Virus record (IMG/VR): IMGVR_UViG_3300043765_000021
Location: 1-53,338 of that record
Origin: a virus
Taxonomy: Duplodnaviria; Caudoviricetes
Length of the DNA stretch: 53,338 bases
Strand: one strand, 5' to 3'
In this document: in pieces, positions 45,341-53,010 of the stretch
Numbering within the stretch: the first letter of the stretch is position 1
Layout: each line of letters opens with the position of its first letter
The notes under the pieces: model-generated
Seen by the model: the letters and a program-made list of their open reading frames with translations, nothing else
Databases searched by the model: none
Told to the model about the DNA's origin: nothing
Program-made: the position numbers and the translations under genes

Positions 45341-45568
45341 TCAAGCCCACGTGCCAACGGTTTTGAGCGCGTAGCGGCCAACGTCGTTTCCGTTGATGTC
45401 GCGGATCGTTTCCGACAGGGAGCCAACCCCATCGCTCTCGATCCTGTCGGCGCACTCGCGAAGGATGCGCGCGATCTCTCGCGGGCAAGCCTCGCGCCGG
45501 TTCGTGCCGTCGAAGGCGTCGTTCTCGGTCACGATGAAAAGCCGGAACAAGCGGTCATCGTCGTCCAT
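45341..45568 (-). CDS. Phage hypothetical protein
   Basis: T.N.AF...E.ARILR..AD.I...D.NGN.VG. Confidence 0.7.
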   Translation of the reverse strand: MDDDDRLFRLFIVTENDAFDGTNRREACPREIARILRECADRIESDGVGSLSETIRDINGNDVGRYALKTVGTWA

Positions 45569-45579
45569 GTGCTTCTCCT

Positions 45580-45774
45580 TCAAGAATGCGTGTAGCCGTC
45601 GCGCTCGATCCCGATCCACATCCCGCACCACGGCACCATCACGCAGTCCATCAGCGTCGACAGTTGCGCGGTCGCGGCGAGGCTCTCAAAGCTGGAGTGG
45701 ATGTCGTTGCTGCGCTCGTAGAGCCGGTGCAGCGCGGCCCACTGGGCGTCGGTAAAGCCTTCGGGCTTCTCCAT
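45580..45774 (-). CDS. Phage hypothetical protein
   Basis: MVPWCGMWIGIE.DGYTHS; AGGAGG RBS. Confidence 0.7.
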   Translation of the reverse strand: MEKPEGFTDAQWAALHRLYERSNDIHSSFESLAATAQLSTLMDCVMVPWCGMWIGIERDGYTHS

Positions 45775-45775
45775 G

Positions 45776-45979
45776 TCAGCCCTCCTTGCCGTTGGCGAGC
45801 CGTCGCTTGGCCTCGCGACACGCCGCCTCGGTCGCCCAACGCGGCGAGCCAAACCCGACAGGAGGAGCCATCGACATAATCGAGCCGATAAGGCTGTTCC
45901 CGCGCTCGCAGCCGTCCAGGCCGTCGGGGTAGTCCTTTGCCAGCGCGAGCGCATGTTTCACCAAATGCTGTTCAGCCAC
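45776..45979 (-). CDS. Hypothetical protein
   Basis: GGAGGG RBS with GTG start. Confidence 0.5.
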   Translation of the reverse strand: MAEQHLVKHALALAKDYPDGLDGCERGNSLIGSIMSMAPPVGFGSPRWATEAACREAKRRLANGKEG

Positions 45980-46202
45980 GCGTCCCTCCCTCGTCCTTGC
46001 GCATGATCGACCGGACAAATGCGGTCAATCCGCCTTCCAATTGTCCCTCGGTCGCGCCGTCGCGGATCAGCCGCTCGCCCACTTCAAAGACGCGCGGAAT
46101 GTCGAGCATGTCGATTGCCACAGTGCCGCCGTCCTCGATGGCAATCCGCACCACAACGCGCCCATAGGCCCGCTCGATGCGCTTGTCGTTTGCCTTGCTC
46201 AT
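45972..46202 (-). CDS. Hypothetical protein
   Basis: GATGGAG RBS after element E5. Confidence 0.65.
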   Translation of the reverse strand: MSKANDKRIERAYGRVVVRIAIEDGGTVAIDMLDIPRVFEVGERLIRDGATEGQLEGGLTAFVRSIMRKDEGGTRG

Positions 46203-46223
46203 ATGCCTTCTTCTCCATCATGT

Positions 46224-46272
46224 TGGCACCCTTCAAGCTCCTGCGGCGTCACCCGTTAGGAGCTTGTCGGGG
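46224..46272. repeat. Intergenic hairpin element E5 (type A)
   Basis: TGGCACCCTT-CAAGCTCCTGCGG-CGTCAC-CCG-T-TAGGAGCTTG-TCGGGG. Confidence 0.8.
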
Positions 46273-46303
46273 AGCGCGGTGCTACCCCCGTATCGCCGTC
46301 GCT

Positions 46304-46561
46304 CTAGTGGTTGTTGCCGTAGTAGTCGTAGAGCGTTCCTCCAGGCCCGCTCTCCAGGCGCGAGCCGTTGTCGCCGTAATAGCCGCCGCGTCCGTCTGGA
46401 TAATAGTAAGTGGGAGACTGATACGGGGTTGCGGCGTCATCGGGAGCGTACCCATAGCCGGGGGGGCTGCGGGTATAGGTATCGTCTCCGTCGTCGTAGT
46501 TCTGGGCGTTCGCGGTGGCGATGGTCGCCAGCGCGACGGCCGCGTAGATCAGTGTTCGCAT
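46304..46561 (-). CDS. Small secreted Tyr/Gly/Asp-rich protein
   Basis: Signal peptide MRTLIYAAVALATIATANA|; GGAG RBS. Confidence 0.7.
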   Translation of the reverse strand: MRTLIYAAVALATIATANAQNYDDGDDTYTRSPPGYGYAPDDAATPYQSPTYYYPDGRGGYYGDNGSRLESGPGGTLYDYYGNNH

Positions 46562-46570
46562 GTGCTTCTC

Positions 46571-46966
46571 CTATTCGTAGTAAGGACGCGTCTCGGGAAA
46601 GCCAGCTGGTGCGGTGCGTCCGTCCATCACCCGCGCGCTGTACCGCCCGTCGCTCGCCACAGAGCTAATCGGGCGTCGGCCTTTGTTGAGCGTGGCGTCG
46701 AGCAGCATGTTGAGCCGGTAGCAGTAGTCGCTGGCGCGCTCCTCGCTAATGAAGGTACGCATCTGGCGCACAAGCTCGCCGCACTGATACCACCAGCCGC
46801 CTTCCTCGCACCCGCCGTAGGCAAGCTCGACGAGGTAGACCGCGACCGCGTAGCGGCAAGGCCGCGCCCGCTCCTCCTCAAAGTCCTTGCCGCAGTCGTG
46901 GCACTCCCACGCGTTGGTGTCGAACTTCGCGATGTTCCGCGAGCCGCAATGAATGCACTCTTCCAT
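46571..46966 (-). CDS. Phage hypothetical protein
   Basis: N-terminal CxxC/CxxC; AYGG.EEGGWWY..G; P..RP.YE. Confidence 0.7.
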   Translation of the reverse strand: MEECIHCGSRNIAKFDTNAWECHDCGKDFEEERARPCRYAVAVYLVELAYGGCEEGGWWYQCGELVRQMRTFISEERASDYCYRLNMLLDATLNKGRRPISSVASDGRYSARVMDGRTAPAGFPETRPYYE

Positions 46967-47130
46967 CAGCGCACCTCCTTCACGTAATGCTCGGACAACA
47001 GGATCTCGGCACACGCAAGCTCGCGAACGACTTGCTCTGCCCAGCGCGCGGCTTCCTTGTCCTTGCCGCACTGTTTGTACGCGACCGCCTTGGCGAGCGC
47101 GCGGTAGAGGTTCACGCGGTCGATCTCCAT
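46966..47130 (-). CDS. Small hypothetical protein
   Basis: RALAKA.AYK.CGK...A..WA; GGAGG RBS. Confidence 0.6.
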   Translation of the reverse strand: MEIDRVNLYRALAKAVAYKQCGKDKEAARWAEQVVRELACAEILLSEHYVKEVR

Positions 47131-47339
47131 CAGTGTCCTCCCGCTTCCCACAGCGCCACGATGTTTATCGGCAGCAGCCGCACCAAGCGGTACGTCTTGT
47201 CCAGGCGCACGCTCACCCACTTGCGGCCCACCTTCTCGACCGTGCCGAAACGGTCGCCACGCATCCAATAGTCGGTTGCCGGATGCAACTCGACGCGATC
47301 CGTGGCGCGGATCATGTGAATGCTCAAACCCTCGGTCAT
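47130..47339 (-). CDS. Hypothetical protein (SH3-like)
   Basis: RVELHPATD.WMRGDR.G.V.KVG...V.V.LD. Confidence 0.65.
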   Translation of the reverse strand: MTEGLSIHMIRATDRVELHPATDYWMRGDRFGTVEKVGRKWVSVRLDKTYRLVRLLPINIVALWEAGGH

Positions 47340-47341
47340 CA

Positions 47342-47692
47342 TTACCTCACTGGTTCCATCAGCCAATGCTCGCCCGTCGTCTGGGTGAGCGTCACCTTGC
47401 GCTTGGGCGTGCCGCGCTCGCCCACCTCCTGCCCAAACCACCCGTAGAGGATGTCAGGCAGCACGTTCACTTTGCTGCCCTCCTCGCGCAGTGTGTTGAT
47501 CGCCACCTTGGCGACGAACGCCACGTAGAACGCGTTGCCGATCCGCACCTCGACATCGCCCTTCGGCAAGCCCACGCCGTAGCCTTTCTTCGGGCTTCCA
47601 GGCAGGAAGAGGATGGGCTTCGTCCCATTGCGGGCAATCGGGCAGAGGATGCGCAACGGCGCATCCCCCTCCTGGCCGACAATCTCGACCAT
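47342..47692 (-). CDS. Hypothetical protein
   Basis: GGAGG RBS, coupled. Confidence 0.55.
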   Translation of the reverse strand: MVEIVGQEGDAPLRILCPIARNGTKPILFLPGSPKKGYGVGLPKGDVEVRIGNAFYVAFVAKVAINTLREEGSKVNVLPDILYGWFGQEVGERGTPKRKVTLTQTTGEHWLMEPVR

Positions 47693-48186
47693 CAGCCAAA
47701 CCTCCAATCACCCGCACCGCAATACGCATCCCAATTGCCGTCTTCGCGCGCGGCGAGCCGTCGATCCTCCGCGTTCTGCGCCAGTTGGCGTATCCGCCGC
47801 TGCGTCACCACGCGCTCGCCGTGACAGGCCGCGCACGTCTGATCGTAGTCGCCGCGCCAATAGCTCTCGGCAAAATCCGGGTCGTCGGCAAAGTCTTGCG
47901 CCGTCAGTCCGTGTGCGTCGATGTTGGGGTTTACCGTCGTCCCATGCCCGCGACAGGCTGGACAGACTTCAAACTCCTCGTCCTCGCGACTGCGCTCGTG
48001 AACAAACCGCTCGGCCTCGCCGCGCGTGGCGAATGTCTCGTCCACTGGCTCGTCGGCGTCCTCATCGAAGACGACGAAGATGGTCGCGTCCTCGTCTGGC
48101 ACCTCGTACCAGCCATTGCCCTCGCCTTTCGTCTCGGCGTGAGCCTCGACCGTGTAGCGTGGCTTCTCTTCGCGTCTCGTTCTCAT
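47692..48186 (-). CDS. Hypothetical protein with CxxCxGxG zinc finger
   Basis: CPACRGHG..VNP.ID..G...Y..G.YD..C..C.G.RV. Confidence 0.7.
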   Translation of the reverse strand: MRTRREEKPRYTVEAHAETKGEGNGWYEVPDEDATIFVVFDEDADEPVDETFATRGEAERFVHERSREDEEFEVCPACRGHGTTVNPNIDAHGLTAQDFADDPDFAESYWRGDYDQTCAACHGERVVTQRRIRQLAQNAEDRRLAAREDGNWDAYCGAGDWRFG

Positions 48187-48274
48187 GCTCTTCCTCCATC
48201 ATCAGCATCGGGCGTCCGATTGCTGGCGATGGCGGCGGGTGTTGTTGTTCTTCCCGCCGCACACGCAAGCAGTC

Positions 48275-48625
48275 CTAGCTCTGTTGGTGGTTGAACTTGA
48301 TCGTCCGCGCCCAGTTGTAAGCCGCCTTGCGACAGCACGGCCCGCTACAGAAGAACTCGTCAGCCCAACTCTCGCCGTCCCATATGCCGAAGTGCGCGAC
48401 GCGCGGCTTGGCCTCGCCTTCGCGCTTGTTCCAGTAGGACACGCTCACCACCACCTCATTGACCTTGGCTTGGCACTGAGCCTTGGAATAGAGCGGGCCG
48501 AATACGTGTCGGTCGAGGCCAGCATGACCGTCGCCTTCGCGGCGCACCCATACGATGTCGGTGAACTTCGCTATGGGCTTGCCGCAATACATGCACAAGG
48601 GACGCGTTGCGCTCTTGTATGCCAT
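48275..48625 (-). CDS. Zinc-binding hypothetical protein
   Basis: P.C.YCGKPI ... FCS..C; GGAGG RBS. Confidence 0.65.
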   Translation of the reverse strand: MAYKSATRPLCMYCGKPIAKFTDIVWVRREGDGHAGLDRHVFGPLYSKAQCQAKVNEVVVSVSYWNKREGEAKPRVAHFGIWDGESWADEFFCSGPCCRKAAYNWARTIKFNHQQS

Positions 48626-48626
48626 A

Positions 48627-48887
48627 TCACCCTCCAAACAGCGCGATGAGAACCCACGCCACCACGAACAGGATGAGGAAGCACAGCGCGACGAAGCCCA
48701 GACCACGCAGGAACCCGTCATACTCTCTGTCGAGCTTCGCGACTGTCGCCCTGTCGGGATGTTTGCCCGTGAACCACGGCCACAGATCCAACAGCCCCGG
48801 CTTGCCGCTGTAACGAACGGCGTTGATGTCCCCGACATAGGTGGTGTTGGGGAACTCGTCGTCGGGATGCATTGGCGGCTTTTTCAT
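48627..48887 (-). CDS. Hypothetical membrane protein
   Basis: C-terminal TM helix. Confidence 0.55.
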   Translation of the reverse strand: MKKPPMHPDDEFPNTTYVGDINAVRYSGKPGLLDLWPWFTGKHPDRATVAKLDREYDGFLRGLGFVALCFLILFVVAWVLIALFGG

Positions 48888-49102
48888 CACCAGTTCCCCA
48901 CTGCCTTGGCGTTCTCGATGAGCCATTTGTTGCCCGCGCAGTAAGCGCGTATTCCGGCGCGCGGATCGTTGCCGCGATGCGCCTTCCTCGCATCCGCCAC
49001 CCGCTGGGAAATCCCCCGGCTGGCTTCGTGCTGTTCCATGCGCCGCACCGCATGATGATCCTCACGCGGATCGCGCCGCCGCAATTCGTCGAACTCGTCC
49101 AT
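48887..49102 (-). CDS. Hypothetical protein
   Basis: GATGGAG RBS; GNKW..ENA.A.GN. Confidence 0.65.
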   Translation of the reverse strand: MDEFDELRRRDPREDHHAVRRMEQHEASRGISQRVADARKAHRGNDPRAGIRAYCAGNKWLIENAKAVGNW

Positions 49103-49133
49103 TTCTCGTCTCCATCAAATGCCAGTTGGCTCC

Positions 49134-49182
49134 TGGCACCCCGAAAGCCCCTCGCCGTCACGCGTAGGGGCCGTCAGGAGGG
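49134..49182. repeat. Intergenic hairpin element E7 (type A)
   Basis: TGGCACCCCGAAA-GCCCCTCGC-CGTCAC-GCG-T-AGGGGC. Confidence 0.8.
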
Positions 49183-49198
49183 CTATTTGCCCTAGAGG

Positions 49199-49624
49199 CT
49201 AGTCACGTAGCCAATCGGGAACATCGCGTCCCAGCGCCTTCAGAACGCTCCGAGAGGCGAACGAGTAGTTCTTGCCGTCGTCGGCACTGGCAAGGATGGG
49301 TCGCTTCGTCGCCCGCGCCGCAAGCCCGCTAATGGTGAAGGTCTGCATATGACCCGCCACCTTGAACGTCTTGCCCAGATCGTCGGCCTGGAAGCCAAAG
49401 AGCTTGGCGTTGACCTTGAACGTCTCTGCGGCCTTGGACGCCGCAACGCCCGTGTCCTCGTTGACGACGCCCACCTCCAGGCTAACCGTGACCAGATTGC
49501 TCTGGTAGCGCATCTTGCCCAAGGTGATTTGGACGCCCACGCTCTCGGCAAACTGCGACAGCACCGCATTCAATTGCTCGCGCAACAGATCGCACGCGCT
49601 GGGATCGAACCGTGTGTATTTCAT
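49199..49624 (-). CDS. Phage hypothetical protein
   Basis: FG...DDLGKTF....FTI.GL..R..K.PI.....GK.Y.F; GATGGAG RBS. Confidence 0.7.
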   Translation of the reverse strand: MKYTRFDPSACDLLREQLNAVLSQFAESVGVQITLGKMRYQSNLVTVSLEVGVVNEDTGVAASKAAETFKVNAKLFGFQADDLGKTFKVAGHMQTFTISGLAARATKRPILASADDGKNYSFASRSVLKALGRDVPDWLRD

Positions 49625-49656
49625 GCTCTCGTCTCCATCATACCACATTGCCATCC

Positions 49657-49704
49657 TGGCACCCTTCAAGCCCCTGCGACCGGATCGTTAGGGGCTTGTC
49701 GGGT
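49657..49704. repeat. Intergenic hairpin element E8 (type A)
   Basis: TGGCACCCTT-CAAGCCCCTGCGA-CCGGA-TCG-T-TAGGGGCTTG-TCGGGT. Confidence 0.8.
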
Positions 49705-49720
49705 CATTCCACGTGGAATG
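49705..49720. promoter_or_regulatory. CATTCCACGTGGAATG palindrome (parS-like site 6)
   Basis: Perfect 16-bp palindrome abutting hairpin E8. Confidence 0.75.
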
Positions 49721-49933
49721 CTACGTCGCGTCGAGCACCCTGGCGCTATTGACCGTGTGCCGCTCGACCAAGGTCTTGAGGCACTCCGCGAAGCTCACCG
49801 CGTCATCGAACGTCACGGCGTTGACGATGCAGCACTGCTGGTACGTCATGCGGTCATCCACCACCGCCACGTCATAGACGTGGCTCCCGTCCGATAGCGC
49901 CTTCTTTACGATGTTGATGGTCAAATCGGCCAT
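49721..49933 (-). CDS. Hypothetical protein
   Basis: L.DGS.VYDV motif; AGGAG RBS. Confidence 0.65.
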   Translation of the reverse strand: MADLTINIVKKALSDGSHVYDVAVVDDRMTYQQCCIVNAVTFDDAVSFAECLKTLVERHTVNSARVLDAT

Positions 49934-49936
49934 GTC

Positions 49937-50341
49937 CTACTCCTTCTCGCTTTCGATCCAATCCGCCGCGTGGTTGTCCCGGTAGTCCACCAGCGCCATC
50001 GCGAACTTGTGCAGGTCCGGCAGCGCCGCGTCGTCCCAATCCTCGATCTGCGCCATCACGTCGATAAGCGCATCCACCGCTTGGCACAGCCTTGGCGTCG
50101 TCCCCTTGGGCGGGGCCGCGACGGACGGCGTAGCTCCCCGATAGCGGTTGAGCCGCGCCACCTCGGCGTCGATGTCGTCCTGGTGGTCGCTGGTCTTGAT
50201 GATCTTGAAGTCGCGCATTGGCCGCTTCTGGCTATACGCGTAGTCCTCGCGCTCAAACTCCACGTTCTCCCTGTCATAGTCGCCAAACTGCGGGTGCCAC
50301 GCACCCTCCTCCAGGCTCAACAGCGTGTAGTAAGTCGTCAA
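49937..50341 (-). CDS. Phage hypothetical protein
   Basis: YYTL.....W.PQFGDYDR..V..E; GAGGAGG RBS with TTG start. Confidence 0.65.
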   Translation of the reverse strand: MTTYYTLLSLEEGAWHPQFGDYDRENVEFEREDYAYSQKRPMRDFKIIKTSDHQDDIDAEVARLNRYRGATPSVAAPPKGTTPRLCQAVDALIDVMAQIEDWDDAALPDLHKFAMALVDYRDNHAADWIESEKE

Positions 50342-50354
50342 CGCTCCATCCTCC

Positions 50355-50735
50355 TCAGTAGACGCCAACGGCATACGCGCCGTTGTGCGGGGTAAAAACC
50401 ATGTACGCCGCGCCCGTCACCTTCATGCGGGTGTCGGTGCGGAAGAACCACGGGTCGCCCGCGATGTCGTAATCGACCCGCACCATCGCCCGCGATCTGG
50501 AAGCGACCGTCAGGAATGACAGCGACGGCACGATCTCGCCAATGGCGTAGGCGTGTACCTTCCTGCGCGGCTTGCCGTTAGGCATTGGGTGGGTGTTGCA
50601 CCACACCCACCGCGCGAGGCTCACAGAGAACGTCACGTCGCGCATGACGCACCCTTGCGGCATGTAGGTAGGTGTGGCGTTGGGCTTCTCAGCGACCGCC
50701 CAGACGCGCCGTGTGAGGTTCCAGTAGCAATGCAT
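50355..50735 (-). CDS. Phage hypothetical protein (paralogue family, copy 3)
   Basis: Y.NL...W.V...DV.F.VS....R.VHA.A.G...V.Y. Confidence 0.7.
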   Translation of the reverse strand: MHCYWNLTRRVWAVAEKPNATPTYMPQGCVMRDVTFSVSLARWVWCNTHPMPNGKPRRKVHAYAIGEIVPSLSFLTVASRSRAMVRVDYDIAGDPWFFRTDTRMKVTGAAYMVFTPHNGAYAVGVY

Positions 50736-50750
50736 TTCTTCTCTCCATCC

Positions 50751-50800
50751 TGGCACCTCTTAAGGCCCGCTCCGTCGCCGGAAGCGGGCCTGTCGAGGCG
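50751..50800. repeat. Intergenic hairpin element E9 (type A)
   Basis: TGGCACCTCTTA-AGGCCCGCTCCG-TCGC-CGG-A-AGCGGGCCT-GTCGAGG. Confidence 0.8.
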
Positions 50801-50812
50801 TGGCGGGTACGT

Positions 50813-51457
50813 CTACCCGTAGATCACCACGTCCATCAGCGAGGTGAGCCACGTCTGATCTTCCAGCGCCGCCTCGCTCTTCTCACCCTCACCCCAGACC
50901 GCGTTCGTCTCGCACCCGCGCTGGATGACGATGGCCTCCAGGGTTTTCATCATGGGCAGCATTTCGTCGGGAATGCCCTCGACGCAGTGCGCCGTCTCCA
51001 GGGCGTCCATCGCCTCCTCGATGGCCTCGCTGCACCCGATCCCCACCACTTCGGGATCTTGGTAGATGCCGCGCTCGCCGTCCTTGTCGTTGCGTATCAC
51101 CACGTCGCCCGCATAGAGGTAGATGTCGCGCTCCCGCGTCTCCTCGTCGTCCTCGGCGTAGAAGCGGTCGCTATTGTCCTCGCAGTTCGCCAGCACCGCT
51201 TCCGCCCGCTCCAGGGCCGCGCTCGGCAGCACCACGCTGCGCGATCCGCCACGCGGCAGGTCTGTCCACTCCACGTCGCTGTTGCCCACCGGCAGCGCCT
51301 CCAGCGCCTTCCACAGCACGTGATAGCCGTGGATGGTCGCCACGCTCTCCGGGTCATCGATTTGGAAGTCGTCCCTCGCCACTTCCCACATGCCCTCGAT
51401 CATCGACTGATACACCGCGAAGGCTTGCGGTGTGCGAAACCGGATCGTCGTCGTCAT
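50813..51457 (-). CDS. Acidic hypothetical protein
   Basis: Long ORF following element E10. Confidence 0.65.
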   Translation of the reverse strand: MTTTIRFRTPQAFAVYQSMIEGMWEVARDDFQIDDPESVATIHGYHVLWKALEALPVGNSDVEWTDLPRGGSRSVVLPSAALERAEAVLANCEDNSDRFYAEDDEETRERDIYLYAGDVVIRNDKDGERGIYQDPEVVGIGCSEAIEEAMDALETAHCVEGIPDEMLPMMKTLEAIVIQRGCETNAVWGEGEKSEAALEDQTWLTSLMDVVIYG

Positions 51458-51477
51458 GTCATCCATCCTTCTCTCTC

Positions 51478-51526
51478 TGACACCCCAAAAGGCGCGACAG
51501 CATGACCTGTACGCGCCCGTTGGGTG
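51478..51526. repeat. Intergenic hairpin element E10 (type A)
   Basis: TGACACCCCAAAA-GGCGCGACAG-CATGAC-CTGT-A-CGCGCC-CGTTGGGTG. Confidence 0.8.
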
Positions 51527-51541
51527 ATGGTGGGGTTCGCT

Positions 51542-51898
51542 CTAGAACTCTGCCGGATGCCGCCTCGGTCGCGCGCTCTCAGGCTCCAACTGGAACTCGA
51601 CGCCAAACACATGCACCGGGGTCGATCCCGTGCCGCACTGCTTCACGTGCCACGCTGGACGGGTTTTCTCATCGAGGTACACAAGGATGCCCATCCACCC
51701 ATGCTCGACAAAGTAGCCGCACACCTCACCCGCTCCCAGGTTGTTGAGGAGCTTGTGGACGCGTGTCCCGATCGCCGGTGGCTCCAGATCGCCAGACCAG
51801 CGCGGGCGACCGCTGCCGTCGTCGTTAGGCTCCCCGTCCTTGAAGGTGACGCGCTGGTACGGGGGGATGCTGTCGTGATGCTCGTAGATCAATGCCAT
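51542..51898 (-). CDS. Phage hypothetical protein
   Basis: WSG...PPAIG..V....N.LG...V.GYFVE.GW.G..V....P.W.......FG.E. Confidence 0.7.
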   Translation of the reverse strand: MALIYEHHDSIPPYQRVTFKDGEPNDDGSGRPRWSGDLEPPAIGTRVHKLLNNLGAGEVCGYFVEHGWMGILVYLDEKTRPAWHVKQCGTGSTPVHVFGVEFQLEPESARPRRHPAEF

Positions 51899-51914
51899 TT
51901 CAATCTCCATGCTC

Positions 51915-51963
51915 TGGCACCCCAAAAGGCCCGCCACCATCACGTGAGCGAGCCTTAAGGGAG
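51915..51963. repeat. Intergenic hairpin element E11 (type A)
   Basis: TGGCACCCCAA-AAGGCCCGCCAC-CATCAC-GTG-A-GCGAGCCTT-AAGGG. Confidence 0.75.
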
Positions 51964-51978
51964 CTATCGGTTAGCCCG

Positions 51979-52302
51979 TCAGTCGGGCATGAAATACTTG
52001 TTCAAATCCCACGCCGCCCACGTCAGGCCCGGGTCGCCCGTGTGGTGGAACAGCACCGCCACCCGGAACTCCAACGGCATCCGCGCCTCCAGCGCGTGCT
52101 TCTCGCACAGCGCCAGCGCCTTGTACGCGTCCTCCTGCGACAACGCCTTCATGTCGCGCATCTTGACGTCGCAGAACTGACGCTTCCTCGGGTTCCAGCC
52201 AAACCACTTGAACGCCTGGCGGCTATCAATCTCGCGCATCTGCACCCCGTAGAGGTTCGACGACGGCATCTGCGGTGCTGCTTGTTTGCGTGTCCTTGCC
52301 AC
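51979..52302 (-). CDS. Hypothetical protein
   Basis: GATGGAG RBS with GTG start. Confidence 0.6.
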   Translation of the reverse strand: MARTRKQAAPQMPSSNLYGVQMREIDSRQAFKWFGWNPRKRQFCDVKMRDMKALSQEDAYKALALCEKHALEARMPLEFRVAVLFHHTGDPGLTWAAWDLNKYFMPD

Positions 52303-52318
52303 TTCAATCTCCATCTGT

Positions 52319-52366
52319 TGACACCCCTCAAGCCTCTGCGACCGGATCGTTAGAGGCTCAAGGATG
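52319..52366. repeat. Intergenic hairpin element E12 (type A)
   Basis: TGACACCCCTCA-AGCCTCTGCGA-CCGGA-TCG-T-TAGAGGCT; 18-bp core identical to E8, with a compensatory change next to it. Confidence 0.8.
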
Positions 52367-52384
52367 CGAATTTTTCGTCCAGGG

Positions 52385-52612
52385 CTAGAGGGTGCGGTGC
52401 GACTGCGTGTGCGCCTCGTCAGAGCGCGTCCACTTGCCAGTGCCGAGATAGACAGGCTTACCCGTCTGCTTGTTGGGGAAGGCGACCGCCAAGCGGAAAT
52501 GGTCATGCGGATGCGCCACCACCCGCCACTCGGCATGCTGCGGGTAGTAGAAGTTCGCTTTGTTCGCCGCGAACCGCGCGGTCTTGAAGCTGCGATAGAC
52601 GCGTACCTTCAT
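52385..52612 (-). CDS. Hypothetical protein
   Basis: GGGAG RBS, ATGA overlap. Confidence 0.55.
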   Translation of the reverse strand: MKVRVYRSFKTARFAANKANFYYPQHAEWRVVAHPHDHFRLAVAFPNKQTGKPVYLGTGKWTRSDEAHTQSHRTL

Positions 52613-53010
52613 TTCACACTCCCATAAGCGACCGCCGTGCGGTCTTGGTTGAACGCCACGAAATCGCAGTGCCAAACCCTCGTAGCGTGGTCTGCGAGGG
52701 TGAAATAGGCAGGGCCGGTGAACGGGTTGTAGGTCACGCGCGCCGCGTTGCCGCGATCCGGCAGCGTCTCGACCACAGTCCCCACCGCCCATGCGTGGAT
52801 GTCCTTGCCACGCTTCCCGGTTGTCTCGAAAAGACGCTTGATCCGGCGATGCGAGGCTTCACTGACATGGAACGTCACGTCCTTCAAGATCAAGGACGGG
52901 TGATACGTGCCGTTGCCGCCCTTCGACGTGGCGAGATCTTTCCGGACCCCACCCATATCGGCTACCACCCACATGCCGTTGTGCAGATTGAGCCACACTT
53001 GGTTTCTCAC
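52609..53010 (-). CDS. Phage hypothetical protein (paralogue family, copy 2)
   Basis: NLH...W.V...LKDVTF.VS....K.IHAWA.G...RVTYNPF. Confidence 0.7.
   Translation of the reverse strand: MRNQVWLNLHNGMWVVADMGGVRKDLATSKGGNGTYHPSLILKDVTFHVSEASHRRIKRLFETTGKRGKDIHAWAVGTVVETLPDRGNAARVTYNPFTGPAYFTLADHATRVWHCDFVAFNQDRTAVAYGSVK

Noticed and set aside
39461-52366. CRISPR array or canonical integron attC array
   Set aside because: Spacing is gene-sized and irregular and the repeats vary in sequence; the RYYYAAC...GTTRRRY ends of attC are not at the element boundaries; no cas or intI gene.
44981-52366. Sigma-54 promoters (TGGCAC...GC) in the hairpin elements
   Set aside because: GG-N10-GC spacing holds only in some copies, the -12 is AAGC rather than TTGC, two copies read TGACAC, and the orientation is antisense to the genes.
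39461-52366. Simple rho-independent terminators
   Set aside because: Only some copies have a short U run on the coding strand; the conserved bulge, loop and TGRCA flank are not terminator features. Weak termination is not excluded.
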